Source: a bacterium | Lineage (GTDB): Bacteria > Patescibacteriota > Patescibacteriia > Patescibacteriales > GWC2-42-12 | Direction of reading: 5' to 3' | NCBI GenBank assembly: GCA_030650415.1 | Contig: JAUSEG010000042.1 | Span: 15,052-79,051 of the forward strand | DNA length: 64,000 nt | Part shown: in pieces, positions 7,522 through 16,201 of the stretch | Numbering within the stretch: the stretch's first letter is position 1 | Layout: each line of letters begins with the position of its first letter | Made by a program: the position numbers and the translations under genes | Notes under the pieces: model-generated | What the model was told of the DNA's origin: nothing | Seen by the model: only the letters and a program-made list of their open reading frames with translations | Databases searched by the model: none

Positions 7522-8340
7522 TCAAATTTGTTCAGCATTCTTTATTTTCCTGATTTTTTCCGCCTTTTTTATACGATTACGCGCTTTGCCAACGCCATCT
7601 GTGGTTGGTAAATTTTCCGGCATAGTGCCTCCTAAGCTGTTAATTGTATTTCTGACTTTCTGACCAACCTCGTAATGGGCTAAATTGGCGCTCGCTTCTC
7701 CTTTTATATTGTCCCTCCTTATTTTGGCGTCGGCTTGAGTAGCGCGGAACAAATTCGCCGCTAGCTCCTCGCTTTCCATATGGTCAAGGATGTGTTGCGA
7801 TTTCTTTAGCTTCTTGCGATTATGAATGTCTTGCATGGTCAGGCCGCCGTATAATCCCTTATATCCGTAATTTTGAAAAATAGCATAATGCTCCACTCCG
7901 GCCATTGAAGCCGCCTGCGTCAAGCTCACATTATGCTTTTTCATCTGCTCACGCAAAAATACTCTCTTATTATCCTCAATTAAATTATCCGTTTTTTCCT
8001 GCCGGCGCGTCTGAATGGCAAAATAAGTTTGGCCTTTGGCGACTACCACTTTTGTGGGGTCGGAATTCTGCACGATCAAATAGCAGGCATAACGCGAAAG
8101 ATATATTGTTTCCACCGGCTTTTCCGCACCGGAACCGATCTTAACCATTTCGTTGACTTCAACAAAATGGTTGTGGATAACCTCACCGCTATTTTCGCAA
8201 GCAGCTTTTGCTTTTTCAATAACTCCAAGAAAATTACGATAATCGGTATATTCCAATACTCCAGCCAAATCTCGCGACGACCAATATTCTTTACCATTAT
8301 CATCAATCCTCTTTATGATTTCGAATTGATTTTGACTCAT
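7522..8340 (-). CDS. dinD: DNA-damage-inducible protein D (DinD) family protein
   Basis: Collinear with E. coli DinD as I remember it: GKEYWSSRDL, SRYACYLIVQN.DP, GQTYFAIQTRRQE, FQNYGYKGLYGGL, ELAANLFRATQ. Confidence 0.85.
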   Translation of the reverse strand: MSQNQFEIIKRIDDNGKEYWSSRDLAGVLEYTDYRNFLGVIEKAKAACENSGEVIHNHFVEVNEMVKIGSGAEKPVETIYLSRYACYLIVQNSDPTKVVVAKGQTYFAIQTRRQEKTDNLIEDNKRVFLREQMKKHNVSLTQAASMAGVEHYAIFQNYGYKGLYGGLTMQDIHNRKKLKKSQHILDHMESEELAANLFRATQADAKIRRDNIKGEASANLAHYEVGQKVRNTINSLGGTMPENLPTTDGVGKARNRIKKAEKIRKIKNAEQI

Positions 8341-8355
8341 ATTCTAGAATTTTAA

Positions 8356-8430
8356 TTATATTTTTTTAGCGCTTTTAATCTCCTCGTCTGTTAACCCATA
8401 TAACTCATAAAATTTTTTATCTGTTTTATT
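8356..8430 (-). pseudogene. remnant of a restriction-modification methyltransferase C-terminus
   Basis: 24 codons NKTDKKFYELYGLTDEEIKSAKKI* carry the [VF]YxLYGLTxEEI C-terminal signature common in type I/IIG/BREX-type N6 methylases. There is a stop immediately upstream. Confidence 0.4.
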
Positions 8431-8444
8431 TCATTACACTCTTT

Positions 8445-9278
8445 TTAGCTCAATCTTTTTTTATCCTCCGGCTTTAACAAATAATTTTTATTGGTTGAAA
8501 CTTTTTTACCGCTTTTCTTTTCCAAATCCTCTCTCGCTTTGCCTGCCACATTTCCGCCCTCTCGCGCAACACGCTTATTCTCATTAAAACCTTCGGAATT
8601 TTTATTTTTTGCGATTTCTATTGTTGACGCTTCGCCAAGCATGGCAAATATTAATTCCAAATCGTTCATATGGTCTCGCAAATTTTCTCTTTTTAATCCT
8701 TTGAATTTTTGATATTCGCTTGGCGTCATCCCGAATGTCGCTTTAGAAATTTCAGCCGTTAAAATGGAATATTCTTGGCCTTCTTTCACTCCCCGATTTT
8801 TCCATTCGTTTGTTAAAGTTTCTCTAACTTCAATACCTCGCATTCTTTTTTCTATCCACGCGTCGGAATATCCTTTAGCTTTATAGAGCGCGCGAGTTCT
8901 TTTGGTGGCCAACTCCGGATCTTCAATCTCTTGTATTCTTTCATAGCCAACTCTAGCTAACCAACGTTTGAATGGCTCGGCTTTTGGCGAGGGAATTGAT
9001 TGGATAATGCGAAAAATACCTTCGGTGTTAGCGCTAGTTATCTTTCTTTTTTTACCATCTTTAGCCATCATTTCAAGCAGGGGACAATTTGTCCCCCAGT
9101 AGATATTTAACTCTTTATCCCTCTTTTTCATCTTTTTTATATAATCCCTAACATCAATTGTATTAGTAAGCGCCTCAATTACATCCGCAACCGAAAACCA
9201 CCATTCATTAATATAAATAACTTTACGAATTTCTTTTTTTTGAAAAATCGCTATTTTCGTTGTAATTTCCTGAGTCAT
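8445..9278 (-). CDS. Bro-N domain protein (antirepressor-like)
   Basis: From MTQEITTKIAIFQKKEIRKV...WWFSVADVIEALT...IQSIPSPKAEPFKRWLARVGYERIQEIEDPELA...NLRDHMNDLELIF. The track ORF is extended to 9452 by repeat translation. Confidence 0.85.
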   Translation of the reverse strand: MTQEITTKIAIFQKKEIRKVIYINEWWFSVADVIEALTNTIDVRDYIKKMKKRDKELNIYWGTNCPLLEMMAKDGKKRKITSANTEGIFRIIQSIPSPKAEPFKRWLARVGYERIQEIEDPELATKRTRALYKAKGYSDAWIEKRMRGIEVRETLTNEWKNRGVKEGQEYSILTAEISKATFGMTPSEYQKFKGLKRENLRDHMNDLELIFAMLGEASTIEIAKNKNSEGFNENKRVAREGGNVAGKAREDLEKKSGKKVSTNKNYLLKPEDKKRLS

Positions 9279-9386
9279 GATTTTAAAAATTAATCGTGAA
9301 TAAATATTTTTGTTCGATGATATCATTAAAACATCCGCTGATAACCATATTATACGCGAACAAAATACGAAAGTCAATAATTCTTT

Positions 9387-9450
9387 GTCATTCCCGCGAA
9401 GACACCCTGTTTTCTTTTTCTGCGCCGAGGTCAGCACCGAGGAGCAATCC
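9387..9450 (+). repeat. 64-bp repeat (copy 2 of 2)
   Basis: GTCATTCCCGCGAAGACACCCTGTTTTCTTTTTCTGCGCCGAGGTCAGCACCGAGGAGCAATCC. See 6343-6406. Confidence 0.8.
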
Positions 9451-9462
9451 ATTCCCTTATAA

Positions 9463-9522
9463 TCATCTATTCACCTCCTCTTCCCCCAACCCATACAACC
9501 TATAAACTTCCTCATCTATTTT
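9463..9522 (-). pseudogene. second methyltransferase C-terminal remnant
   Basis: 19 codons KIDEEVYRLYGLGEEEVNR* with the same VYxLYGL..EE signature. The DNA is visibly homologous to 8356-8430. Confidence 0.35.
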
Positions 9523-9628
9523 TTATCAGTTTTAGCGATTTAGTCTTTACCGGTTAAAGTGCTAAAACCCTTTTTAATAAGTTTGGCTCGGATATAAATA
9601 AATTACTAATAATTTCTCAATTAATCTT

Positions 9629-10075
9629 TTACACTTTATCAACTGCTACTTTATTAAATATTCTAAATTCAATATCCTCACCAACATTTCCGGCATCCCA
9701 AACGATAATTCCTTCATACCCATCTTTTACTAAAAGTTTATAAGCTTTTTTTGATGTTGCCCAATCTTTAATACTTCTAACGATGTCCATTCTTTTTAAC
9801 TCTTTGTTGTTTATTTTAATATATTTCTCGGCATTATCAGATAAATTTTCATCTATAAGACTTAATAAATTAAAATTATCTTTAATTTTATACACATTTG
9901 CGTTACCATTTTTCGCTGATTTTTTGTTATCATAAAAAGATATGCTTGGTTGAACTTTTTGTTTTACGCTATCGGAAAAATTCCAATTTATTGTTGGGTT
10001 TCTTGGCTCTAATTCCCCATCAGTTACATTTTTGTTCGTTCCGTGGTATAAAAAATATTTGGTTGGCTTAAACAT
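9629..10075 (-). CDS. hypothetical protein (AT-rich island gene)
   Basis: Track ORF of 148 aa, no family recognised. It contains an LYHGT motif (see findings). Confidence 0.5.
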   Translation of the reverse strand: MFKPTKYFLYHGTNKNVTDGELEPRNPTINWNFSDSVKQKVQPSISFYDNKKSAKNGNANVYKIKDNFNLLSLIDENLSDNAEKYIKINNKELKRMDIVRSIKDWATSKKAYKLLVKDGYEGIIVWDAGNVGEDIEFRIFNKVAVDKV

Positions 10076-10096
10076 AAAAATTTTATTTTAAAATAT

Positions 10097-10462
10097 CTAA
10101 GATGCTATTTCAAAAATCTTTTTTACTAAATCAGTCCTGGCATAAAAAGCTCGGCTCGTTGATCCGTGGCCGGAACCTTTCGTTCTGGCCTGTATCCATT
10201 TGCCATCTGCGCCAGTTAATGCTTCAAATCCCTGCATAATAAGTTTTTCTCTGATCAAATCATAATCTGCCTTTATTTCTTTAATAAGTTCGTCATCTTC
10301 TGTAAAATCTAAGCTGGCAACTTTCAATAGCTCTCCGCTCTCTGCATTTTTACCATGCCACGCCACCGCGCAAAAAACTATGGACTTTAATTTTGCCCAA
10401 CAATGACTTTCAAAAAATGAGTGTTTTTTAAATTCACCGGGGTTAATCATTGTTATGGCCAT
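10097..10462 (-). CDS. MutH/Sau3AI-like endonuclease, C-terminal-half fragment (possibly pseudogene)
   Basis: WIQARTKGSGHGSTSRAFYARTDLVKKIF resembles the MutH C-terminus (LQIRPKAAN...RGFYLKKNF). The N-terminal catalytic D..ExK region is not present. Confidence 0.35.
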   Translation of the reverse strand: MAITMINPGEFKKHSFFESHCWAKLKSIVFCAVAWHGKNAESGELLKVASLDFTEDDELIKEIKADYDLIREKLIMQGFEALTGADGKWIQARTKGSGHGSTSRAFYARTDLVKKIFEIAS

Positions 10463-10483
10463 TGTTTCTTTCGGCTTCGTATC

Positions 10484-10687
10484 TCAATAAATCCATAATT
10501 GAAACTGAGGATATGTTTCTGCGTCGTAAAATTCTAAATATTTGTCGTCTTCCCAAACGAGCTCGGTAAAATTTTCCAGGTCCTCGCTATATCCTCTGCA
10601 CATAACTAAAACCTTTCTGAGTGGGTTTATTCTTAAAATTATTTTTGCCAAAAATGGGCTCAAATTTATTGCTCCATCAAAAATCAT
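10484..10687 (-). CDS. hypothetical small protein
   Basis: Track ORF of 67 aa between the DpnI-like and MutH-like genes. No family recognised. Confidence 0.3.
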   Translation of the reverse strand: MIFDGAINLSPFLAKIILRINPLRKVLVMCRGYSEDLENFTELVWEDDKYLEFYDAETYPQFQLWIY

Positions 10688-10692
10688 AATTT

Positions 10693-11466
10693 TTAATTTA
10701 ATTTATATTTTCCTTTCGATATAAAATATAAATATCCTTTATCTCTCAAAAATTGCAGCTGCTGACGAATTTTGTCTTTAATATGCTTGTTTTCTGGGTG
10801 TAATTTACTGAGTTCACTTTCAAATCTATAAACATCATCAAGCACAAACTCGTTTTTATTTAATTTATCAACACACCGCATTATATCAAGTAGCCAGCCT
10901 TTTGCCGAAATTTCTTTTTCTTCCCTCAAAAATAAAGTTTTTTGCCAATTTTCTAAAACCCTATTTTTTGGCTCAACAATTTTATTTTTTACAAAAAATA
11001 TTTTTCCGGTTTGAGGAATCCCTGATGTTAGAATATTGCAGCCAACATAACCCGCTCTGCGAGCGTTTTCTGATAACGGTTTCCTTTTTTCGATAATATC
11101 TGGGGTAAAAAAGTGTTTCGGTATAACAAAAAAATTTAAAACCTCGAATTTTGTCTTATCATAATTAAGAAAGAAAAAATTTGGGTTATTGCTTTCTTGC
11201 AATCTTTCCACCATTGTCCGATATGCTCCGTCAAGAATTTTTGAGCCCATTGAATCTTTCTTGCTTTTTAATTCATATTCTTCCTTGCAATGAGAGCAGA
11301 AAAAATCAGCAACGGGTCTGCTATCTTCGTATTTATTTATTTTCAATTCGCCACAATTAGGACAAAATATTTGTTTATCAACCCAATCTTCAGTTAAAAA
11401 TCCTATCTTTTTAGGCTGACTTTTGTATTCTTTTGATAATATTTTTAAATCAAAAAATAAATTCAT
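10693..11466 (-). CDS. DpnI-like methyl-directed (GmATC) type IIM restriction endonuclease
   Basis: Collinear with S. pneumoniae DpnI as I remember it: LTEDWV, CPNCG, RPVADFFCSHCKEEYELKSKK, DGAYRTM, NPNFFFLNY, RKPLSENARRAGYVGCNI, YRFES.L, HIKDKIRQQLQFLRDKG. Confidence 0.85.
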   Translation of the reverse strand: MNLFFDLKILSKEYKSQPKKIGFLTEDWVDKQIFCPNCGELKINKYEDSRPVADFFCSHCKEEYELKSKKDSMGSKILDGAYRTMVERLQESNNPNFFFLNYDKTKFEVLNFFVIPKHFFTPDIIEKRKPLSENARRAGYVGCNILTSGIPQTGKIFFVKNKIVEPKNRVLENWQKTLFLREEKEISAKGWLLDIMRCVDKLNKNEFVLDDVYRFESELSKLHPENKHIKDKIRQQLQFLRDKGYLYFISKGKYKLN

Positions 11467-11735
11467 AAATGAAATTCAAAGTCTTTCTTTAGTCCATTAC
11501 TAACATCCCATTTTCCTTTATCAACGCTAACCATCTTGCCGTTTTGACAGGTAAAACCGCCGTTTGACAATAGATACGGAGGGTCGGCAAAAATCATATC
11601 AACGGAATTTTCTGGTAATTCATTTAAAATTTTTAAGCTATCTTCTTTGTATAAAACAAAATCATTAGAAACAAAATAGGGTCTTTCTTTAATTGTAGAC
11701 AAAATTTTCTTATTTTTTATATTTTGATTATTCAT
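11463..11735 (-). pseudogene. truncated N6-adenine DNA methyltransferase (DpnA/Dam-like, first ~90 aa only)
   Basis: VDMIFADPPYLLSNGG...VSVDKGKWD matches the DpnA N-terminus including motif IV DPPY. The ORF stops (TTATGA overlap) exactly where the DpnI-like gene begins. The SAM-binding half is missing. Confidence 0.7.
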
Positions 11736-11837
11736 GTTTTTACTCTACCACTTCTCCGCTAATATTTCAACTTCATTAAATATAAAAAAATACCGCGATA
11801 AGAGCGGTATTTTTTATCGTGCGAAGCCAACTATTTT

Positions 11838-12683
11838 TCAATTTTTTAACAATTTTTTCTTCTCGCTTTTTAATTTTTGCTTTTTTTCTTTTTCCAACTC
11901 TTTAATATGTTTTTCGGGTAATAAATTTTCCGGCATAACTCCGCCAATATCTTCAATCGCTTTTCTTACTTTTCTTCCAACCGTAAAATGCGTGAAATTA
12001 GCTTTCTTTTCTCCGGCTATTTTTTCATTTCTGATTTTTTCATCGGTCTGGGTAATTCTGAATAAATTAGCGGCTAGCTCGGTCGTTCCGGCCCTATCCA
12101 ATATATCATCTTTGCCGATGCCCTTTTTCTTTTGCGCGTCCTGCTTATACATATTATACAATCCTAAATATCCAGCGTTATTAAATTTTCCAAAATTACT
12201 CACTCCGGCCTTTTGAGCGGTGGCAAAAAGTTTTTTATTATGATTCTTCACTTCGCCTCTAATGTATAATCTTTTCTCATCCGCTTCCATTTGCTGAAAA
12301 ATTTCTTGTTTTCTGGTTTGAATCGCGAAGTAGGTCTGCGCCATGGCGATTTCCGGCTTTCTTGGATCGCCGTTTTGAGCGATCAAATAACAGGCGTAGC
12401 GAGAAAGATTGTAATCACTAATTTGCCGGCTAGCTTCTTTTGCTGTTCCTTTAGCTAATTTTATCATTTTGGCGGCGCCGACAAAATGATCGCTAATGTT
12501 TTGATCGCTAAATTTACAGGCATTTTTTGCCTTTTCAATCGTGCCTTCGAACTTGCGCCATTCAACATATCCCAATAAAGGCATTAATTCCCTGGCCTCC
12601 CAGTATTCAACGCCATTTTCATTAATCTTTTTAATGCTCTCAAAATTTTTATTTAATGAGGCGACAATAATTTCGTTGGACAT
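11838..12683 (-). CDS. dinD: DinD family protein (second paralog)
   Basis: GVEYWEARELM, SRYACYLIAQNGDP, AQTYFAIQTRKQE, FNNAGYLGLY, ELAANLFRITQ. Confidence 0.85.
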   Translation of the reverse strand: MSNEIIVASLNKNFESIKKINENGVEYWEARELMPLLGYVEWRKFEGTIEKAKNACKFSDQNISDHFVGAAKMIKLAKGTAKEASRQISDYNLSRYACYLIAQNGDPRKPEIAMAQTYFAIQTRKQEIFQQMEADEKRLYIRGEVKNHNKKLFATAQKAGVSNFGKFNNAGYLGLYNMYKQDAQKKKGIGKDDILDRAGTTELAANLFRITQTDEKIRNEKIAGEKKANFTHFTVGRKVRKAIEDIGGVMPENLLPEKHIKELEKEKKQKLKSEKKKLLKN

Positions 12684-12758
12684 ATTTTTTATAAAAATTT
12701 ATCGGGCGAAATTTAATTATTTTTTAAATTCTAGCAAACACCGCTCTCTTACAGTTTT

Positions 12759-13112
12759 TTAATAACTGATTCCGTGGCGCAAGGAAAACGCTATATAAAA
12801 AACAAGACCGTTAATTATTGATATCACAAGAAGTATAAAAATTATCAATGATTTAAGCCAAATATTTATGTTTAACTTGGATCTTAATGCCATAATTAAG
12901 CTACTCACAATTCCAACCAGCTGAAAGGCTAAAAAATATAATAACAAATTTGTATTATCAGAATCTGTTAGAAAATTAGGTCTGAAAATTTGTACATTAT
13001 TACTATTTTGCAATAAATCATAAACTAAATTACTTACGGGACTCCACAACACCTCTGGCACGATAAACATCGCCAATGAAATCCAAAACCAAATTTTTTG
13101 AATTTTTGTCAT
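12759..13112 (-). CDS. integral membrane protein, hypothetical
   Basis: 117 aa with 3-4 hydrophobic spans. Confidence 0.5.
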   Translation of the reverse strand: MTKIQKIWFWISLAMFIVPEVLWSPVSNLVYDLLQNSNNVQIFRPNFLTDSDNTNLLLYFLAFQLVGIVSSLIMALRSKLNINIWLKSLIIFILLVISIINGLVFYIAFSLRHGISY

Positions 13113-13124
13113 AGAATTATTTCT

Positions 13125-16097
13125 TTAATTATTAATCAACCAATTAATATCGTCTGATAAAATTTGATAGGCCCGGTCATTTAACATTTTACCATTTTTA
13201 TAGAATTTTAGCTCGGCCAGAATAAGGCGGCCCAAAACCTTGTCAATTCTTTCCTTAAATTTCTCAATTTTTTTGACAATCTTTTTGCCATTCAATTTTT
13301 CTTCAATGGTTTCTATTTTCTTGTCAATTCTGACAGCAATTTTTAGCTTATTGATTAAGGAATTTTTGGTATTTTTATTTTTAAACCAACCGAGAGCATA
13401 AGCCCGTTCAATGTCTGAAATGGCGCTTTCCGGCGTGGCGATTATTCTAAATTGAACGATTAAAGTCGCCGGGTTACCGATGAAATCGGTTGAACTGGCG
13501 ATTAGAGAATGATTGCCTAATTTTTCGTAAAATGGGTCAATAATATCACCATTTTTGACTTGCTTGCTATCAAAAGCCAAACCTAAAGAAAAAACGCCTG
13601 TGCCGGTGTCGGTTGAGGCGGCGTTTATGGCGATTGTGTCGGAGCGGAGATAATCTTTTGGTTGCGGAGAAGTAATCATTATTGTTGGCGGAGTAAAATC
13701 GTCCGGCAAATTTCCCTCGACGATAATTGACGGTTTGATAATTTGGCTTTGGCCGCTGCCGTTTTGATCAAGCGATAGCGTCGCGACATTGCTTTCTCCG
13801 CTCTCATTCAAAATTAGCTGGCCGATTGAACTTGCGGTTATCGGCACATTGCCCCAGATTGCGGTTTTAACCGGTACGCCATCGGAAATAGTCTGATCTT
13901 TCAAGGTGAATACGCCGTTACCGGTGCCCTGCAAATTGATTGCGTAAGTTTGATTTTCGTCAGTCGGCACAAAAATAAATTTGTGTTCACCCATCACTTG
14001 ATAATCGGCTCCCGGAATATCATTTTGAACGCTGCCGTCGCTGGCGATTCCGGCGCGGTTGCCATTTTGGTCGACGATTTCAATGGAAACCGGACTGAAA
14101 ATTCCAAACCAGCGGCCATTTAACCGGCACTTTGCTGGGTTACTATCTAAATCGCTTTTGGCGATGATGCCGTTGCCGACGCTCAAAGTTGTGCTGGCTA
14201 TGATGTTAACGATTTTTTGGCGGATACCGTCGGCGCTTAACATTTTACCGTGGTTTGCTTTGATGGCGTAAAAAATATTGCTGTCGTTCGCGGGAAGGCT
14301 GTCCGCGCTGGCCATTGGAACGGTGCCGTCGCCGGTGATGTCATCGGTCGTATAACCGTTCGTTGAAATTACTCCATCACCGCTGACATTTCGGTATTCG
14401 GTAATCTTGCCGAGCGTTCCGCTCTTGCAGCCGACGATTGAATACTGATCAATACCAACGGTTCGCAAATCAAAATTATCAAAGTCTGACGAGCGCAAGG
14501 CGGTAGCGTTCGTAAAAGCTTGGCTGTTTAAATTATGCTCGGTAAGAAACCCGCCCATTTGGCTGAAATCAAGGCTTTTTATTAAGAAGCCGCCGCTTTC
14601 CGTGGTAACTGTCGTCATATAACCGCCATTTTTGGTTAGATATTCATTGCTCGGAGAAAGATCATAGGAAACCGGCGAATTTGCGGAAATCTTTTTCATT
14701 TCTTGGTCAGCTAAAAAAGGAATACCGAAATTGTCTCCTTGGAGCAAAACCTTGGTGGCTTTCGGAGCGCCTAGATTGGGCACACCGACGAAAACCGCCT
14801 TGCCGATATGGTTGTCGGCCTGATAATCCATCGCGTATTTCTTAACCAATAGGCCGCCGGTTGAGTGCGCGATGATGTTCACTTTATTGCTACCGGTTAA
14901 AGCGCGAACGGCTTCAATTTTTTCCCGTAAAGCATCAACATTGCTTTTGCCATCGCTAAAAATTCCGCTCGCGCCATAGCGCCAGTCGTAGGGGAAGGTG
15001 AAAAGGGTTGAGGTAGTAGTGTTGCCTTCGGCATAGCCTGCTGATTTAAACTCGTTGATAAGGCCGTCGGTGTAGTCAAATAAAATACTTGGTTTTCTAA
15101 CTATATCACCTGAAATTACTGCGGTATCTGATGGTTGTAAATTTGTATTAAAAGACAAAGGATCCATAAATTCATCCCCAATGTCGGTAAAATTATGCCC
15201 CAAATCTAACCATAATTTATCATTTCCTTTGACTAAGTCAACCCCTAAGATCCCCGGCACAATTATCACCGGATTAATTTCAGCCGCTACCGCTTCCGGC
15301 CACTGGGTTAAAAATGGTTCATAAACCACGCCTAAATCCACTAACGGCCTGCCGCCGCAGAGCGCTTCTATATCCACTTCCCAAATCGGCACGCCCGCAG
15401 GTATAAGCTGACGCCAAGGGCATGGGCCGTCCGCCGTTCCCCACCAGTTATCCGAGGCGTTAACGACTCTGTCTGCCCGAGCGTTATTGCTTATGCCGGC
15501 GTCAATAAAAACCCCGCCAATAAAAGGGATCTTATTATCATAAATAAACGAATGGCTAACCGTGGTTGTGCTTTGATCTGAGGCAATCGCCGCGTTATTC
15601 TTAGTGATAATCGAATTAATAATGTTCAGCTTACCTCTATATGATAAAATCGCTCCGGTATAATATTGGCTGCCGCCATATTGAACTAAAACATTATCTA
15701 AATTCGCTTCGCCTCCCGGATTAACCGATAAATATGACCAATCGCCTTGCGCCGGCGCGCTGGCCGAACCGTCGCCGTTAGTATCGCCGCCATAGGCGTC
15801 ATCTTTTATGGAAGTAAAAATAATCGGTTCAGCTTTCGCGCCAACGGCGATAAGCCTGCCGGAAATAATCAGCAGGCCGTTCGGGCCGAACTTAACCACC
15901 GCGCCTTTTTCAATCGTTAAATTAACTCCGGCCTTTAGCCAGATGTAATCATTAATAATAATCGGGCTCTGTGCCTTAGTCCAAACCGCGTCCGCTTCAA
16001 TCGGCAAGGTCGCCGCCCGCGCCGCTTGCCCGAATACAAAAAACCATGCCAATAAAAAAATCGGCATGATAAATAAAAACAATCCCCTCCTAAGCAT
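13125..16097 (-). CDS. secreted multidomain protein with alpha/beta-hydrolase (lipase/LCAT-like) domain
   Basis: Signal peptide MLRRGLFLFIMPIFLLAWFFVFGQAARA. N-terminal beta-helix-like repeats. PVIIVPGILG ... NIIAHSTGGLL is a GxSxG nucleophile elbow. Confidence 0.65.
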   Translation of the reverse strand: MLRRGLFLFIMPIFLLAWFFVFGQAARAATLPIEADAVWTKAQSPIIINDYIWLKAGVNLTIEKGAVVKFGPNGLLIISGRLIAVGAKAEPIIFTSIKDDAYGGDTNGDGSASAPAQGDWSYLSVNPGGEANLDNVLVQYGGSQYYTGAILSYRGKLNIINSIITKNNAAIASDQSTTTVSHSFIYDNKIPFIGGVFIDAGISNNARADRVVNASDNWWGTADGPCPWRQLIPAGVPIWEVDIEALCGGRPLVDLGVVYEPFLTQWPEAVAAEINPVIIVPGILGVDLVKGNDKLWLDLGHNFTDIGDEFMDPLSFNTNLQPSDTAVISGDIVRKPSILFDYTDGLINEFKSAGYAEGNTTTSTLFTFPYDWRYGASGIFSDGKSNVDALREKIEAVRALTGSNKVNIIAHSTGGLLVKKYAMDYQADNHIGKAVFVGVPNLGAPKATKVLLQGDNFGIPFLADQEMKKISANSPVSYDLSPSNEYLTKNGGYMTTVTTESGGFLIKSLDFSQMGGFLTEHNLNSQAFTNATALRSSDFDNFDLRTVGIDQYSIVGCKSGTLGKITEYRNVSGDGVISTNGYTTDDITGDGTVPMASADSLPANDSNIFYAIKANHGKMLSADGIRQKIVNIIASTTLSVGNGIIAKSDLDSNPAKCRLNGRWFGIFSPVSIEIVDQNGNRAGIASDGSVQNDIPGADYQVMGEHKFIFVPTDENQTYAINLQGTGNGVFTLKDQTISDGVPVKTAIWGNVPITASSIGQLILNESGESNVATLSLDQNGSGQSQIIKPSIIVEGNLPDDFTPPTIMITSPQPKDYLRSDTIAINAASTDTGTGVFSLGLAFDSKQVKNGDIIDPFYEKLGNHSLIASSTDFIGNPATLIVQFRIIATPESAISDIERAYALGWFKNKNTKNSLINKLKIAVRIDKKIETIEEKLNGKKIVKKIEKFKERIDKVLGRLILAELKFYKNGKMLNDRAYQILSDDINWLINN

Positions 16098-16201
16098 AAA
16101 TTTTTATTTAAAAATTAATTATACTGTCATTGACATCACTATATTTTAATTATAGCACAAATTGTTTGTAGTATGTAAAAAACTCTTCAGTAGCGCGAAA
16201 T

